A stretch of 64,000 nt of DNA, taken from an uncultured bacterium (GTDB lineage: Bacteria > Patescibacteriota > Minisyncoccia > Minisyncoccales > UBA10102). The notes below the pieces were generated by a model. That model was not told the origin of the DNA. It made no database searches and saw only the letters and a program-made list of their open reading frames with translations. Each line of letters opens with the position of its first letter. Position 1 is the first letter of the stretch. The stretch lies in assembly GCA_913054235.1 (NCBI GenBank), contig CAJXJI010000001.1:6868-70867 (forward strand), in the 5' to 3' direction. Both the position numbers and the translations under genes were made by a program. Shown here piece by piece: positions 1 to 9,405 of this stretch.

Positions 1-33
1 TCTTACTCTGAATGCCAAGAAGTTTTGTAATCA
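1..33 (-). CDS. 5' end of a CDS running off the window edge (MITKLLGIQSK...), possibly MurJ/MviN flippase
   Basis: ATG at 33; only 11 codons visible; the N-terminus resembles Parcubacteria MurJ starts from memory only. Confidence 0.25.
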
Positions 34-63
34 TAATTTACCCTATTCTACCTTAAAAATCAT

Positions 64-93
64 GAAAAAACCACCTTAAGAGGTGATCTTTTC
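64..93 (-). terminator. probable intrinsic terminator after rnpB
   Basis: CACC-N-GGTG stem followed on the minus strand by a T-run. Confidence 0.45.
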
Positions 94-96
94 AAT

Positions 97-462
97 GTCC
101 AAGAAGACAGTAAGCCGAATTCTGTTCCCAGTTACACTGGGCGGTAATCATCTATCTGTTCTTTTAATTACTTAAAAGAATCAAGCGAACTACCTTGCCA
201 AAAGTTCCACATGAAACGCAGATCTTCTGGTTTGCTCTTGCACTCAGGCAGGATTTAGCCGTTTCACCCCTCATGTTGCCATGAGGACTCATCCACTGTT
301 GGATGCCGGTTTTCTTTCAAATCCCGGCGTCTCTGCTCGCACCTCTCAGATTACTCTGGCAGGGCATTACCCTGACCCGCAGAACTCAATGAGTGAGTGT
401 TCGGACTTTCCTCCAGGTATTCAACATATTGAATACCCAGCGATTACCTCGTCTTCTTGGAC
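97..462 (-). ncRNA. rnpB: RNase P RNA
   Basis: Minus strand has GAGGAAAGTCCGAA near the 5' end and ACAGAATTCGGCTTAC near the 3' end (P4 signatures); terminal P1 formed by GTCCAAGAAGAC (97-108) and GTCTTCTTGGAC (451-462). Confidence 0.95.
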
Positions 463-474
463 CCTTATATTATG

Positions 475-1446
475 CTAGTATCCAGCACTTTTGTCAACTA
501 GGTTGGGGAGCTTCTCTCCTTTTATATACGCTTTAAGATTTTCGCAAAAAAGATCAATGGCCCGCTCCATATATCTTTCTGAAATGCCAGAATGATGAGG
601 AGTGATAATAACATTTTCCATTTCCCACAATGGGCTCTCTTTTGGTAGTGGTTCTTCTTCTGTGACATCCAACGCTGCTCCTGCAATACGCTGTTCTTTT
701 AAGGCAGAAATCAGTGCCTGCTCATCTACCACTCCCCCTCTCCCAATATTCACCAATACGCCATGAGACTGCATTGCTTCCAGACGTTCTTTATTCATAA
801 AATGATGAGTATCTTTAGTGTGGGGCAATGTAAGTACTACAAAGTCTGCTCTCCCAAGAAATTCCATTAACTGTTCTTCTGTTCCTAACTCTTTAACAAA
901 GTTTGGCTTTTCTTTCCCTTGAGTATCAAGAGCAATAACATGTGCATTAAAACAAGAAGCAAGACGCGCTGTTTCACTCCCAATCTTCCCAAGTCCAATC
1001 ACCAATACAGTCTTATCCTTAAGTTCTGTTAACTCATTGATTCTTTCCCATGTCTTTTCTTGCTGATTGCGAAAACTTTGATAAAACTGTCTGGTAAAAA
1101 TCAATAAAAACCCAATAATATGCTCTGCAATAGGAGTTGCATGAATACCAGAAGAATTACTTGCAAGGACAGGAGAAGCAACTAGCTCTGGAGTCAAGAC
1201 TCTATCCATGCCAGCAGAAAAAGAATGAACCCATCTGAGCTTTCCCACAAGAGATAAATCAGGAATTGCTCGCGGGATACCAGCTACAATCTCTGCGTCT
1301 TTAAGATGTTCTTCAATGTCCTTACTATTGGAAGCTGAAACAACTTTAAGCTCAATGTCTGAACTTAAACTTAAAATCTGCTCTTTTTGCTCCTTTGTTA
1401 TGCTTCGCAAAGGACGATCTTGTGGTTCAATGAGAAGAATTTTCAT
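475..1446 (-). CDS. D-isomer-specific 2-hydroxyacid dehydrogenase
   Basis: GLGKIG Rossmann motif, NIGRGGVVDE, ALDV..EEPLP, TPHH motifs. Confidence 0.9.
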   Translation of the reverse strand: MKILLIEPQDRPLRSITKEQKEQILSLSSDIELKVVSASNSKDIEEHLKDAEIVAGIPRAIPDLSLVGKLRWVHSFSAGMDRVLTPELVASPVLASNSSGIHATPIAEHIIGFLLIFTRQFYQSFRNQQEKTWERINELTELKDKTVLVIGLGKIGSETARLASCFNAHVIALDTQGKEKPNFVKELGTEEQLMEFLGRADFVVLTLPHTKDTHHFMNKERLEAMQSHGVLVNIGRGGVVDEQALISALKEQRIAGAALDVTEEEPLPKESPLWEMENVIITPHHSGISERYMERAIDLFCENLKAYIKGEKLPNLVDKSAGY

Positions 1447-1454
1447 AAATTCAT

Positions 1455-1745
1455 TTAGCTAGCAAAGGTATGAAAATATTTGGAAGGCACAATACCTTCT
1501 TGTAAGTTAATACCATCTTTTCTTAAAAGCTTTGCTTTGGTTATAAGGCCTCCAGGCGCACTATATCCTGTAAGTTTGCCATCAGACGCCACCACCTTAT
1601 AGCAGGGGTATTCTATGGGATGATCGTTTCCTCCCATAATTCTCCCTATGGCGCGAGGCGAGGTCTTACACACCCTTGCCATCTCTTTATAGGTTGCAAC
1701 CTTGCCCTTGGGTATCTTTTTTAACAAAAGAATTGCTTTGTGCAT
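1455..1745 (-). CDS. MGMT/alkyltransferase family protein (DNA-binding domain only)
   Basis: IPKGKVATY, PRAIG, PCYKVV (PCHRV-like) motifs. Confidence 0.85.
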   Translation of the reverse strand: MHKAILLLKKIPKGKVATYKEMARVCKTSPRAIGRIMGGNDHPIEYPCYKVVASDGKLTGYSAPGGLITKAKLLRKDGINLQEGIVPSKYFHTFAS

Positions 1746-1764
1746 TCAAATACTTTAAAAATTT

Positions 1765-2205
1765 CTATATCAATTGCTTTGTATGCCCTTTTGCGTCCAG
1801 AGCCTGATTCACCATTCTATCTGCCTCTTTATTCTTCTCTCTTGGAATTGCGCTAAAGGTTACATTCTTAAAATCAATGGTAAGATTCCAAAGTTCCAGG
1901 AAAAACTTTTGCATACTTTCATTCTCCACCTTATACTCCCTGTTAAATTGCCTTACCACGAGCTGGGAATCTGAAAAAATCTGAACCTCTGTTTTTTTTG
2001 CTTTCTCCTTTCCCCATAAGGCTTTAATTTTCTTTAAAGCAAATATTGGTGCTCGATATTCTGCCTCGTTATTAGTCTTTTCCCCTATATACTCGCCATG
2101 CTCTTTTAGAGTTTCTCCCTTCTCATTTTTAATCACATAGCCCAAAGCCGCTGGACCCGGATTCCCTCTTGCTCCTCCATCTGTAAAAACAATAAATTTA
2201 TCCAT
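1765..2205 (-). CDS. rnhA: ribonuclease HI (archaeal/Gram-positive-like type)
   Basis: TDGGARGNPGPA, TNNEAEY, SDSQLVV, REKNKEAD motifs. Confidence 0.9.
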   Translation of the reverse strand: MDKFIVFTDGGARGNPGPAALGYVIKNEKGETLKEHGEYIGEKTNNEAEYRAPIFALKKIKALWGKEKAKKTEVQIFSDSQLVVRQFNREYKVENESMQKFFLELWNLTIDFKNVTFSAIPREKNKEADRMVNQALDAKGHTKQLI

Positions 2206-3355
2206 TTTGTTCTTTAAAATATTCTATTAAGCAACTCTTAAACTTCTCAAGATTTTTATGCTCTACTCGAAATCCAGAAGCCTGAGGATGTCCTCCATAG
2301 GTTATAGTATACTCCTTGCAATGCTTCATTGCTTCAACAGTATCTTGCCCTGAAGGAGCACGCACTGACCCAATACACTCTTCTTTCATTTTTCTATACA
2401 TAAAAGTAGGTTTCTTTTCTTCCTGGGAAATAATAGACGCAAGGCCACCCAGTAAAATATAGTCAAAATCTTCTCCTCCCTCAAATACAATAGATTCATC
2501 CTTTTTTTCTAAAATATCATTTCTTACCTTTGCTAAAAGCCTATCTCTTTGTTGACGCCTTAGCTCATGCACCTCCAAAAGACGCTCTGTAATCAAAGTT
2601 ACTTCTCGCTCTGAATCAGAGCTTAAAATGCGAAACGAAGCTGGATATCCATCCTCAACATCACGAACATTCAATATGGAAATCATTTTTTGCAACTTTG
2701 ACTCAATATTAGGAAACTTCTTTAACTCTTGTATGCCAAAAAACGCACGTACACCAGGTCTCCATGAGTTTTCCAGAGTTTCCATCCCCTCCTCTATAAT
2801 CTCATTATTATCCTGCTCCCTTACCATCATATCAGCTATCGTTCCAATAGCAGCTAACTCCACTAAGCTCTTTCTCATGGCAGATGACATTTTATTCCCC
2901 AATATTTCCTCAGCTAAGCGAAATGTCAGCCCACAAGCAGCTAATTCTTTAAATGGGTACGTATCTCCGTCTTGCTTTGGATCAACAATAATATCGGCAT
3001 CGGGAAGTTTACCAAGTACCACATGATGATCAACTAATATAACATCAAACCCTAGTTTTTTTGCTTCTTTAATTTCCTTGAAGTTTGAAATACCCAAATC
3101 CATTGCACACAAAAGAGCCGGTGAAAATGTTTTCAATTCCTCTAAGGCTTTTTGCGTAATGCCATAGCCATCATTTTCGCGATCAGGAAAATATACACGA
3201 ACTATATTCCCTCCAAGACTTTTTAGCGTCTCTTGCATGATAATGGCAGAACAAACTCCATCTAAATCAGCATCCCCATAAAGAATAATACGCTCTCCTT
3301 TTTTAACTGCTTCTTTAAGGCGCGCCGCAGCCTTATCTAGGTTCTTAAGTGCCAT
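2198..3355 (-). CDS. DHH-family phosphoesterase, shortened RecJ-like exonuclease
   Basis: YGDADLDG, DGYG, DHH, GTIAD, GGHPQASG motifs. Confidence 0.85.
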   Translation of the reverse strand: MALKNLDKAAARLKEAVKKGERIILYGDADLDGVCSAIIMQETLKSLGGNIVRVYFPDRENDGYGITQKALEELKTFSPALLCAMDLGISNFKEIKEAKKLGFDVILVDHHVVLGKLPDADIIVDPKQDGDTYPFKELAACGLTFRLAEEILGNKMSSAMRKSLVELAAIGTIADMMVREQDNNEIIEEGMETLENSWRPGVRAFFGIQELKKFPNIESKLQKMISILNVRDVEDGYPASFRILSSDSEREVTLITERLLEVHELRRQQRDRLLAKVRNDILEKKDESIVFEGGEDFDYILLGGLASIISQEEKKPTFMYRKMKEECIGSVRAPSGQDTVEAMKHCKEYTITYGGHPQASGFRVEHKNLEKFKSCLIEYFKEQNG

Positions 3356-4406
3356 AATAGTTGAGTGCTTCTAATCCAGGAAGTTTTTCTCCTGCCAAAA
3401 AGATAAGCATGGAGCTTCCTCCAGTAGAAACATGATCAAATTTATCTCGTAAATTATATCTCCCCAAAAAATCCAGTAAATTCCCTCCACCAGCTACCGC
3501 GTAGCTCATGTCCTCTACAATGGCTTCTGCTATAATCTTTGAACCCTCAACATATTCTTCTTCCTCATATTTTCCCAAAGGACCTGACCAAAACACGGTT
3601 TTAGCATTTCTTACTTTCTCTTGGTACAACTTCCTTGTCTCAGGCCCTATATCATACTCTTTTCCATTTCCTGGTATTCCATCAAGAGGAAATACTATCT
3701 TTTCTTTTTGCGCAAGAGAAATGTTTTTTTGTGTAATTTCATTTGCCAAAAGATTTCCTAAAAGTACTTCATCGGCAAATTCCGCTATACTGTCAATCAC
3801 AGGAAGCTTGCTCTCAATCTTTCTTCCTCCAATGATAGCTACCATTGGATGCTCTGGATTTTTTTGAAGTTGTTTTAATCCTTCAATCTCTTTTGCAAGT
3901 AAAAATCCACCGGCTGAAGGCAGGAGCTTAGGGACTAAAGCCACAGAAGCATGCTTACGATGCACCACTCCAAATGCATCGCAAACATATATATCTGCAA
4001 GTTTTGCTAATCCTTTTGCAAAATCCTTATCATTCTCCTCTTCCTCTTTGTGGAAACGAAGGTTTTCTAAAAGCAAAATCTCGCCTTCCTTCATATTTTT
4101 TGTTCTCTCCTCAATCTCTTTTCCAATACAGTCTTGCATAACCTCAACAGGAACCAAAAGCAGCTCTGTAAGTCTTTTTGCAACATTCTGCATGCTCAAT
4201 CGCTCATCATACACACCCTCAGGGTCTCCTAAATGACTTGCCACCACAAGCTTTCCTCCTTGCGCAAGAATATGCTGCATGGTAGGCAGAGTTGCTCTGA
4301 TACGAAAATCATCTGCAATATCTCCATTTTCCTTTAAGGGAACATTAAAATCAGCACGCAGAAACACACGCTTTCCTTTAAGAGAAAAATCAGAGAGCCA
4401 TTTCAT
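3345..4406 (-). CDS. pgk: phosphoglycerate kinase (compact)
   Basis: RADFNVP, LLENLRF, DAFG..HR.HAS, VSTGG motifs. Confidence 0.95.
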   Translation of the reverse strand: MKWLSDFSLKGKRVFLRADFNVPLKENGDIADDFRIRATLPTMQHILAQGGKLVVASHLGDPEGVYDERLSMQNVAKRLTELLLVPVEVMQDCIGKEIEERTKNMKEGEILLLENLRFHKEEEENDKDFAKGLAKLADIYVCDAFGVVHRKHASVALVPKLLPSAGGFLLAKEIEGLKQLQKNPEHPMVAIIGGRKIESKLPVIDSIAEFADEVLLGNLLANEITQKNISLAQKEKIVFPLDGIPGNGKEYDIGPETRKLYQEKVRNAKTVFWSGPLGKYEEEEYVEGSKIIAEAIVEDMSYAVAGGGNLLDFLGRYNLRDKFDHVSTGGSSMLIFLAGEKLPGLEALNYYGT

Positions 4407-4409
4407 ACA

Positions 4410-6149
4410 TTATGAGAAACGCAGAGTTTCTCCAGGTTTAAGTTCACCTTTTTGGATATTTTTTTCAGATTGCCTCTCTTGCAGGGCCGCTCCCAAAACT
4501 TCTTTTAATCCTTGCTTGTCTACCTCTTTTTTCTTTTGATTTTGTCCTTCTTGCTTCTTTTTTGAAGGATGAAACATTACAGGTTCCTTATCCATTGCTT
4601 CCTTTAAGGAGGATTGCTGTTGTTTCTGCGCTTGAGGTTCTTCTTTTACCTGAGGTTGTTCTTTTTTTGAACCTTGCTCTGCCTGTTCCTTTTGCTGCTG
4701 AAGCTTTTTTCTACATGCCTTACAGTAGACTTTACGCTTTCCGTCTGGGAGAAATACCACTTTAGTGTCCTTACCACAATTATCACACCTGGCGTCATAC
4801 AGTTCTTGCTGAGGAGCTTGCGGCTTTGATTCTGGTACTTTTTTTTGTGGTGCCCCACTATCAGCCTGTGTCCATGTTGTAATCTCCTCTTCCACCTCTC
4901 CACGCGCCGTTGCGTACCGCTCTCTACTCATACGGATAATCTCTGCTTCATTGGATTCTTCAGGAGAAGCAAAAGGCAACACCAAGGGAGGCAGGGTTTG
5001 AGCAGAAAAAGGACGTCCTGCAATACCATCAATCATAAGTTTTGCATAAATACTATACTTCCCTAAATTCACAAAGTCTAAAGCCAAAAACTCTGGGGTA
5101 AATTCCTTTTCTAAAAATTCTGCATCCTCGGCTCCTACACGAAAAGATATAATTGTGCCAACATTTCCAAATACAGCCCCACGAACCCTAGATTCATTCT
5201 CATCTAACTGTGATATGTATTGGTGGCTTAAAATCAAGCAAAGACGATACTTTCTTGCCTCAGATAAAATATTTACAAAAGAATCTGATGCAAAGTTTTG
5301 AAACTCATCAATATACAAAAAGAAATCCTGCCGTTCATTTTCCGGAATATCCACACGTGACATGGCAGCTAACTGAATTTTGGTTATAAGCATTGCACCT
5401 AAAAGACGGGAGTTGTCTTCACCAATACGCCCTTTTGAAAGATTGAGAATCAAGATTTTCTTTTGATCCATAAGCTCTCGCATATTAAAAGAGGATCTCG
5501 TCTGCCCCACAATGTTTCGAATCAAAGGATTGGAAACAAATTGACCCACCTTGTTTTGGATAGCAGCAGTCGCCTCAATCTCGTATCGCTGGGTGTATCT
5601 GGCATATTCTTGCACCCAAAATGCCTTTACCACTGGATCTGAAACCTTATCAATAACTTTTGCCCTGTAATCTGCGTCTACGAGCATTCGGTTAATTCCC
5701 AAAAGCGTAGCTCCCGGATACTCAAGTAGAGCAAGCACTGTATTGTTTAAAATATACTCCATTCTTGCTGACCATACATCGGGCCAAACTTTTTTAAACA
5801 CGGACATTAAACCAGAAGCCATTAAATGACGATGCTCTGGTTCCACATTCTCCATAACATTAAATGCAATGGGATAATCCATATCAGCAGGGTTAAAATA
5901 TACAACATCTTTAATCCGTTCAGTAGGAATATATTGCAATAATTCTTCTGCTGCCTCTCCGTGCGGGTCCACAAACCCTACGCCATTCCCTCCTTGAATA
6001 TCCTGCACCGCCATATTCTTTAACATCTCGGTCTTTCCCATACCAGTCTTTCCCACAACATAAAAATGACGTCTCCGGTCATCTTCTTTTATACCAAAGC
6101 GCCTTTGTGAATCTCGAAAATTAGTAATTCCAAAAAAATTAATATCCAT
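4410..6149 (-). CDS. VirD4/TraG/HerA-like P-loop ATPase with C-terminal CxxC-x17-CxxC zinc finger
   Basis: Walker A GKTGMGKT, DPHGE, Walker B LYIDEFQ, SEARKY; CDNC...CKAC. Confidence 0.85.
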   Translation of the reverse strand: MDINFFGITNFRDSQRRFGIKEDDRRRHFYVVGKTGMGKTEMLKNMAVQDIQGGNGVGFVDPHGEAAEELLQYIPTERIKDVVYFNPADMDYPIAFNVMENVEPEHRHLMASGLMSVFKKVWPDVWSARMEYILNNTVLALLEYPGATLLGINRMLVDADYRAKVIDKVSDPVVKAFWVQEYARYTQRYEIEATAAIQNKVGQFVSNPLIRNIVGQTRSSFNMRELMDQKKILILNLSKGRIGEDNSRLLGAMLITKIQLAAMSRVDIPENERQDFFLYIDEFQNFASDSFVNILSEARKYRLCLILSHQYISQLDENESRVRGAVFGNVGTIISFRVGAEDAEFLEKEFTPEFLALDFVNLGKYSIYAKLMIDGIAGRPFSAQTLPPLVLPFASPEESNEAEIIRMSRERYATARGEVEEEITTWTQADSGAPQKKVPESKPQAPQQELYDARCDNCGKDTKVVFLPDGKRKVYCKACRKKLQQQKEQAEQGSKKEQPQVKEEPQAQKQQQSSLKEAMDKEPVMFHPSKKKQEGQNQKKKEVDKQGLKEVLGAALQERQSEKNIQKGELKPGETLRFS

Positions 6150-6152
6150 GTG

Positions 6153-7454
6153 TTACTCCGTGGGAAGCTCAGGGGGAGCTTCTCCTTTCTTTGGACCAAC
6201 TCTCAGAACTGCAGCAGAAGGAGTAGAAATTCTGCCGGGAAAGTGAAAAATAGTAGCCAATTCCTCAACATTCAATACAAATGTGCCTCCTGGGCGCGGG
6301 AAATAAGGAGGGAGACGCAGAATATAGTTTCGAAACAAGCGTCTTTTTTTTACAAACGCTCTTCTCTTGTCCGTAAACCAGGTAAAAATAGTGTACATCT
6401 TAGTTAAGGTTGGTTTCAAAGGACGAAAGTTATTATAGGTTGCAGTTCCAAATTGAGTGAACCAAGTCATGGCAAGAGCCTTTGCTGGGCTAAAATAATT
6501 TTCTCTCTTTGCAATATACATAAATCTACAATGAGCTCCAAAGGAATACTTACTGATTTTCTCTTCAATCGCAGAAACAATATCTCGCTCTCCGGGAGTT
6601 AATCTCATTTCAGGAGGAATAATCTCTTGTGGAGCTTGTTCTTTGTTGCCATTTTGTTTAACTCCCATGGCAACATGTGTCCCCACAGCTTTTATATCCC
6701 CAAGTAATCCTGGATTTTTAAGAGGAGGAGGACGTTTTACAATCTCAGCTACAATCTCTCTTCCCTCTTGGACCATTGTACTCTCATTTGGACTGGTATG
6801 TAAAATTGGAGTTAAAACAAATTGAATCCAAAGGTTTTCCCCTTTTCCAATTCGAGACAAGCCCTCAATCAAAAGAGCCATGGGATTAATTCTCATTTCT
6901 TCTTTATCAGTAACGTTTGGCTCAAAAAACTTGCTATACGTCTTTATGGGATACGGGCTGGGACGTTCTAAAATATAGTTCGTACCCCATAAATCCCACT
7001 CTTTATTAGGAATGTCTTGTGGGATAAGTTTCGTGTAATCCTCCACCACCACAAATTCTGCTGTAGGATAATGAGAATAAACGGCAGATTCCACCAGTTT
7101 TTGCGCTCCTTCTGGAATACGAAAATAGAAATGGATATTTCCTTCTGTAGAAACTATTTCCAAGGAAAAGGAAAGTTGGAATTTTCCATCAAGCCATGCT
7201 TCTCTTTGGTTTGGAGGATCATGCATTTGCCATAGACCAATAAACACGTCCTCCATTGCCTTAAACGGCCGAGGAGCATCCTCTGGCATTTTAATCTCCA
7301 GGAGAATATAACGTTGCTGTGCAGAAAAAATTTCCTTGCGCCACCAAACCCACAAAAACACCACTGGTTTCCATAAAAGAAATGGGAGAAACAGCCACCA
7401 CCATGTAATAGCTACTTGCCAGATGAATCCCAAAAAGAGGAGAAGTTCTTGCAT
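6153..7454 (-). CDS. membrane-anchored conserved hypothetical protein, partner of the ATPase
   Basis: N-terminal Trp-rich TM; FSLEIVS, YPIKTY, LNVEELATIFHFP motifs typical of CPR proteins adjacent to this ATPase; 3 bp from ATPase start. Confidence 0.7.
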   Translation of the reverse strand: MQELLLFLGFIWQVAITWWWLFLPFLLWKPVVFLWVWWRKEIFSAQQRYILLEIKMPEDAPRPFKAMEDVFIGLWQMHDPPNQREAWLDGKFQLSFSLEIVSTEGNIHFYFRIPEGAQKLVESAVYSHYPTAEFVVVEDYTKLIPQDIPNKEWDLWGTNYILERPSPYPIKTYSKFFEPNVTDKEEMRINPMALLIEGLSRIGKGENLWIQFVLTPILHTSPNESTMVQEGREIVAEIVKRPPPLKNPGLLGDIKAVGTHVAMGVKQNGNKEQAPQEIIPPEMRLTPGERDIVSAIEEKISKYSFGAHCRFMYIAKRENYFSPAKALAMTWFTQFGTATYNNFRPLKPTLTKMYTIFTWFTDKRRAFVKKRRLFRNYILRLPPYFPRPGGTFVLNVEELATIFHFPGRISTPSAAVLRVGPKKGEAPPELPTE

Positions 7455-7461
7455 GAAAAAA

Positions 7462-8481
7462 CTATAGTTTTAAGGTATAACTGCCGTCTTGGTTTTTCAA
7501 AAAGTATCTTTGGTCTTGAAGATTTAAAACAATGGTACTCTCTTTTACCTGGCGCTTCTCTAAAGTTTGGGCAATAAGTTTTGCTTTATTCATGGTTTTT
7601 CCATTGCTCTTTAAAATTGAGCGCATAACATCTTTTACAGTACCAGGAGCCAGTCCCCAATCAGATAATCCATAGGTCCCTCTTCCAATCAACACGAATC
7701 GTGAGTCTTTAATTAATTCATTATGTACGGTTTGAGGAAGTACAACTTTCTTTTTTTGCAAGGTAAGATTTTCTTGCAGCTTCCCAATCAATTTTGCAAC
7801 ATCCTTAAAATGCAAAGGATTCCCTTGCTGCCTTAAAACAAGGTATGCCTTATCTCTCATGCCTCTTGGATTTACTTCAGGCCATGTTCTTAGTCCCCAT
7901 TTTCCTTCAGGACTTTTCTCAATAATTTTTGAAACTTCAAGGTAGGGCAGCACTTCCTTGCCATACGCTTTTGTGAGCTCCTGCTGTGCTACAGGACTCT
8001 TTTTCTTTTGAAAAAATGTAAGAAGGCGCTGATGTAAAGGCTGAGCTTCTTTGACCATATCTTTTTTTATGGTCCAGAAAGAATAAAAGTCCTGGGTTTC
8101 TCTTTGGTTATAGAACTGATCTCCCAAGGTCAAAAGAAATAGAGCATGGTTTATTGCGCCTTGCGCTTCCAATAGCTTCATTAATAGATCCTCTCGCGCC
8201 AAAGACCCTGCCCTTTTTAATATGGTAGCTGCCTCTGTAAAAGCGGCTGTATACCGTTCTTTACGCTTCTGATGCCCTATATCCTCTTGAAGCTGAGCTA
8301 ATCCTTCTTTTACAATCTGTCTTACTCTTTCCCTGGTTATTTGATGCTGTTTCCCAACAGCTTCTAGGGTTTTGGGAGGCTCCATGCTCAAACCAAAACG
8401 CCCCACAACCACATCTTTTACTCGTGGTTGGAGCTCTTCTATAAGCTCTAGACTTAGTTTTTCAAAAGATATCTTTGCCAT
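7462..8481 (-). CDS. sigma-70 region 4 HTH plus RNAP-delta/HARE-HTH-like protein
   Basis: RFGL..PKTLEAVG....TRERVRQI; PLHF..VA, QTVHNELIKDSRFVLIGRGTYGL. Confidence 0.75.
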   Translation of the reverse strand: MAKISFEKLSLELIEELQPRVKDVVVGRFGLSMEPPKTLEAVGKQHQITRERVRQIVKEGLAQLQEDIGHQKRKERYTAAFTEAATILKRAGSLAREDLLMKLLEAQGAINHALFLLTLGDQFYNQRETQDFYSFWTIKKDMVKEAQPLHQRLLTFFQKKKSPVAQQELTKAYGKEVLPYLEVSKIIEKSPEGKWGLRTWPEVNPRGMRDKAYLVLRQQGNPLHFKDVAKLIGKLQENLTLQKKKVVLPQTVHNELIKDSRFVLIGRGTYGLSDWGLAPGTVKDVMRSILKSNGKTMNKAKLIAQTLEKRQVKESTIVLNLQDQRYFLKNQDGSYTLKL

Positions 8482-8522
8482 ATATTTTAATTAGTCTATC
8501 AAACCATCTATTAATGAATTTG

Positions 8523-9404
8523 TCAAGCTCTTAACATTTCTTTTCTCCACATCAGCAAAAGAGTGGGTGCTAAGAACAAAGAAGAGAACGTTCCAACAAC
8601 AATTCCTATCATCAGCATAAAGGAAAACTCCTTTAAAGTATCCCCACCAAAAAGATAAATAGACAAAAGTACCACCAATGTAGTTAAGGAAGTGCTCAAA
8701 GAACGAAACCAGGTCTGACGCAATGCCTGCTTTATTGTATCCTGAAAATCAAATCCAACACGCTTAAAAATGTTTTCTCTGATACGATCAAACACCACCA
8801 CCGTATCATTAATGGAATACCCCACAACTGTAAGAAGTGCAACCACAACAGGAATAGTTATCTCAACCCCAGCATATTCTCCCAATAGTGCAAACACTCC
8901 AATGGACAGGAGAATATCATGCGCGGAAGCTACCAGAGCCGCTCCTGACCAGTGCCAGGGACGAACACGCTCTGCGGTTCTCCTAAAAGAAAAAGCAATG
9001 TATAAAATTACTACAAGCATGGCCAAACCTGCCAAGAGCAAGGTTTTTTCACGAAGCTCTTTTCCAATAACAGGACCGATAGATTCAAATCTCAATTCCA
9101 AAGCTTCGCTTCCCAGCGAAGAGAGAACCTGTTGATGCGTTACTTCTTTAATATCTTTCATGCGAATCAACGCTCCTTGTTCTCCTGTATGCTGCACAGA
9201 AAAAGAACCCAAATCAATATCCCCTAAAGCTTTTTGAATGTCCTGCACGCTAGGACGCGCCTGTATATATTCTACTTCCAGCAAACTTCCTCCAGTAAAA
9301 TCGATCCCCAAATTCAAGCCAAAAAACGAAAGTGCAAAAGCACTCGCCCCCATAGCTACAAAGGAAAGAATAAATAATATACGTTGTATTTTTTGAAACG
9401 TCAT
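8523..9404 (-). CDS. secF: protein translocase subunit SecF
   Basis: GIDFTGG, GYSINDTVVVFDRIRE. Confidence 0.95.
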   Translation of the reverse strand: MTFQKIQRILFILSFVAMGASAFALSFFGLNLGIDFTGGSLLEVEYIQARPSVQDIQKALGDIDLGSFSVQHTGEQGALIRMKDIKEVTHQQVLSSLGSEALELRFESIGPVIGKELREKTLLLAGLAMLVVILYIAFSFRRTAERVRPWHWSGAALVASAHDILLSIGVFALLGEYAGVEITIPVVVALLTVVGYSINDTVVVFDRIRENIFKRVGFDFQDTIKQALRQTWFRSLSTSLTTLVVLLSIYLFGGDTLKEFSFMLMIGIVVGTFSSLFLAPTLLLMWRKEMLRA

Positions 9405-9405
9405 A

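Noticed and set aside
281-478. 65-aa plus-strand ORF
   Set aside because: Antisense to the RNase P RNA gene; no coding features
4410-6149. Conjugative element suggested by the VirD4-like ATPase
   Set aside because: No relaxase, VirB4, integrase or att sites; flanked by housekeeping genes
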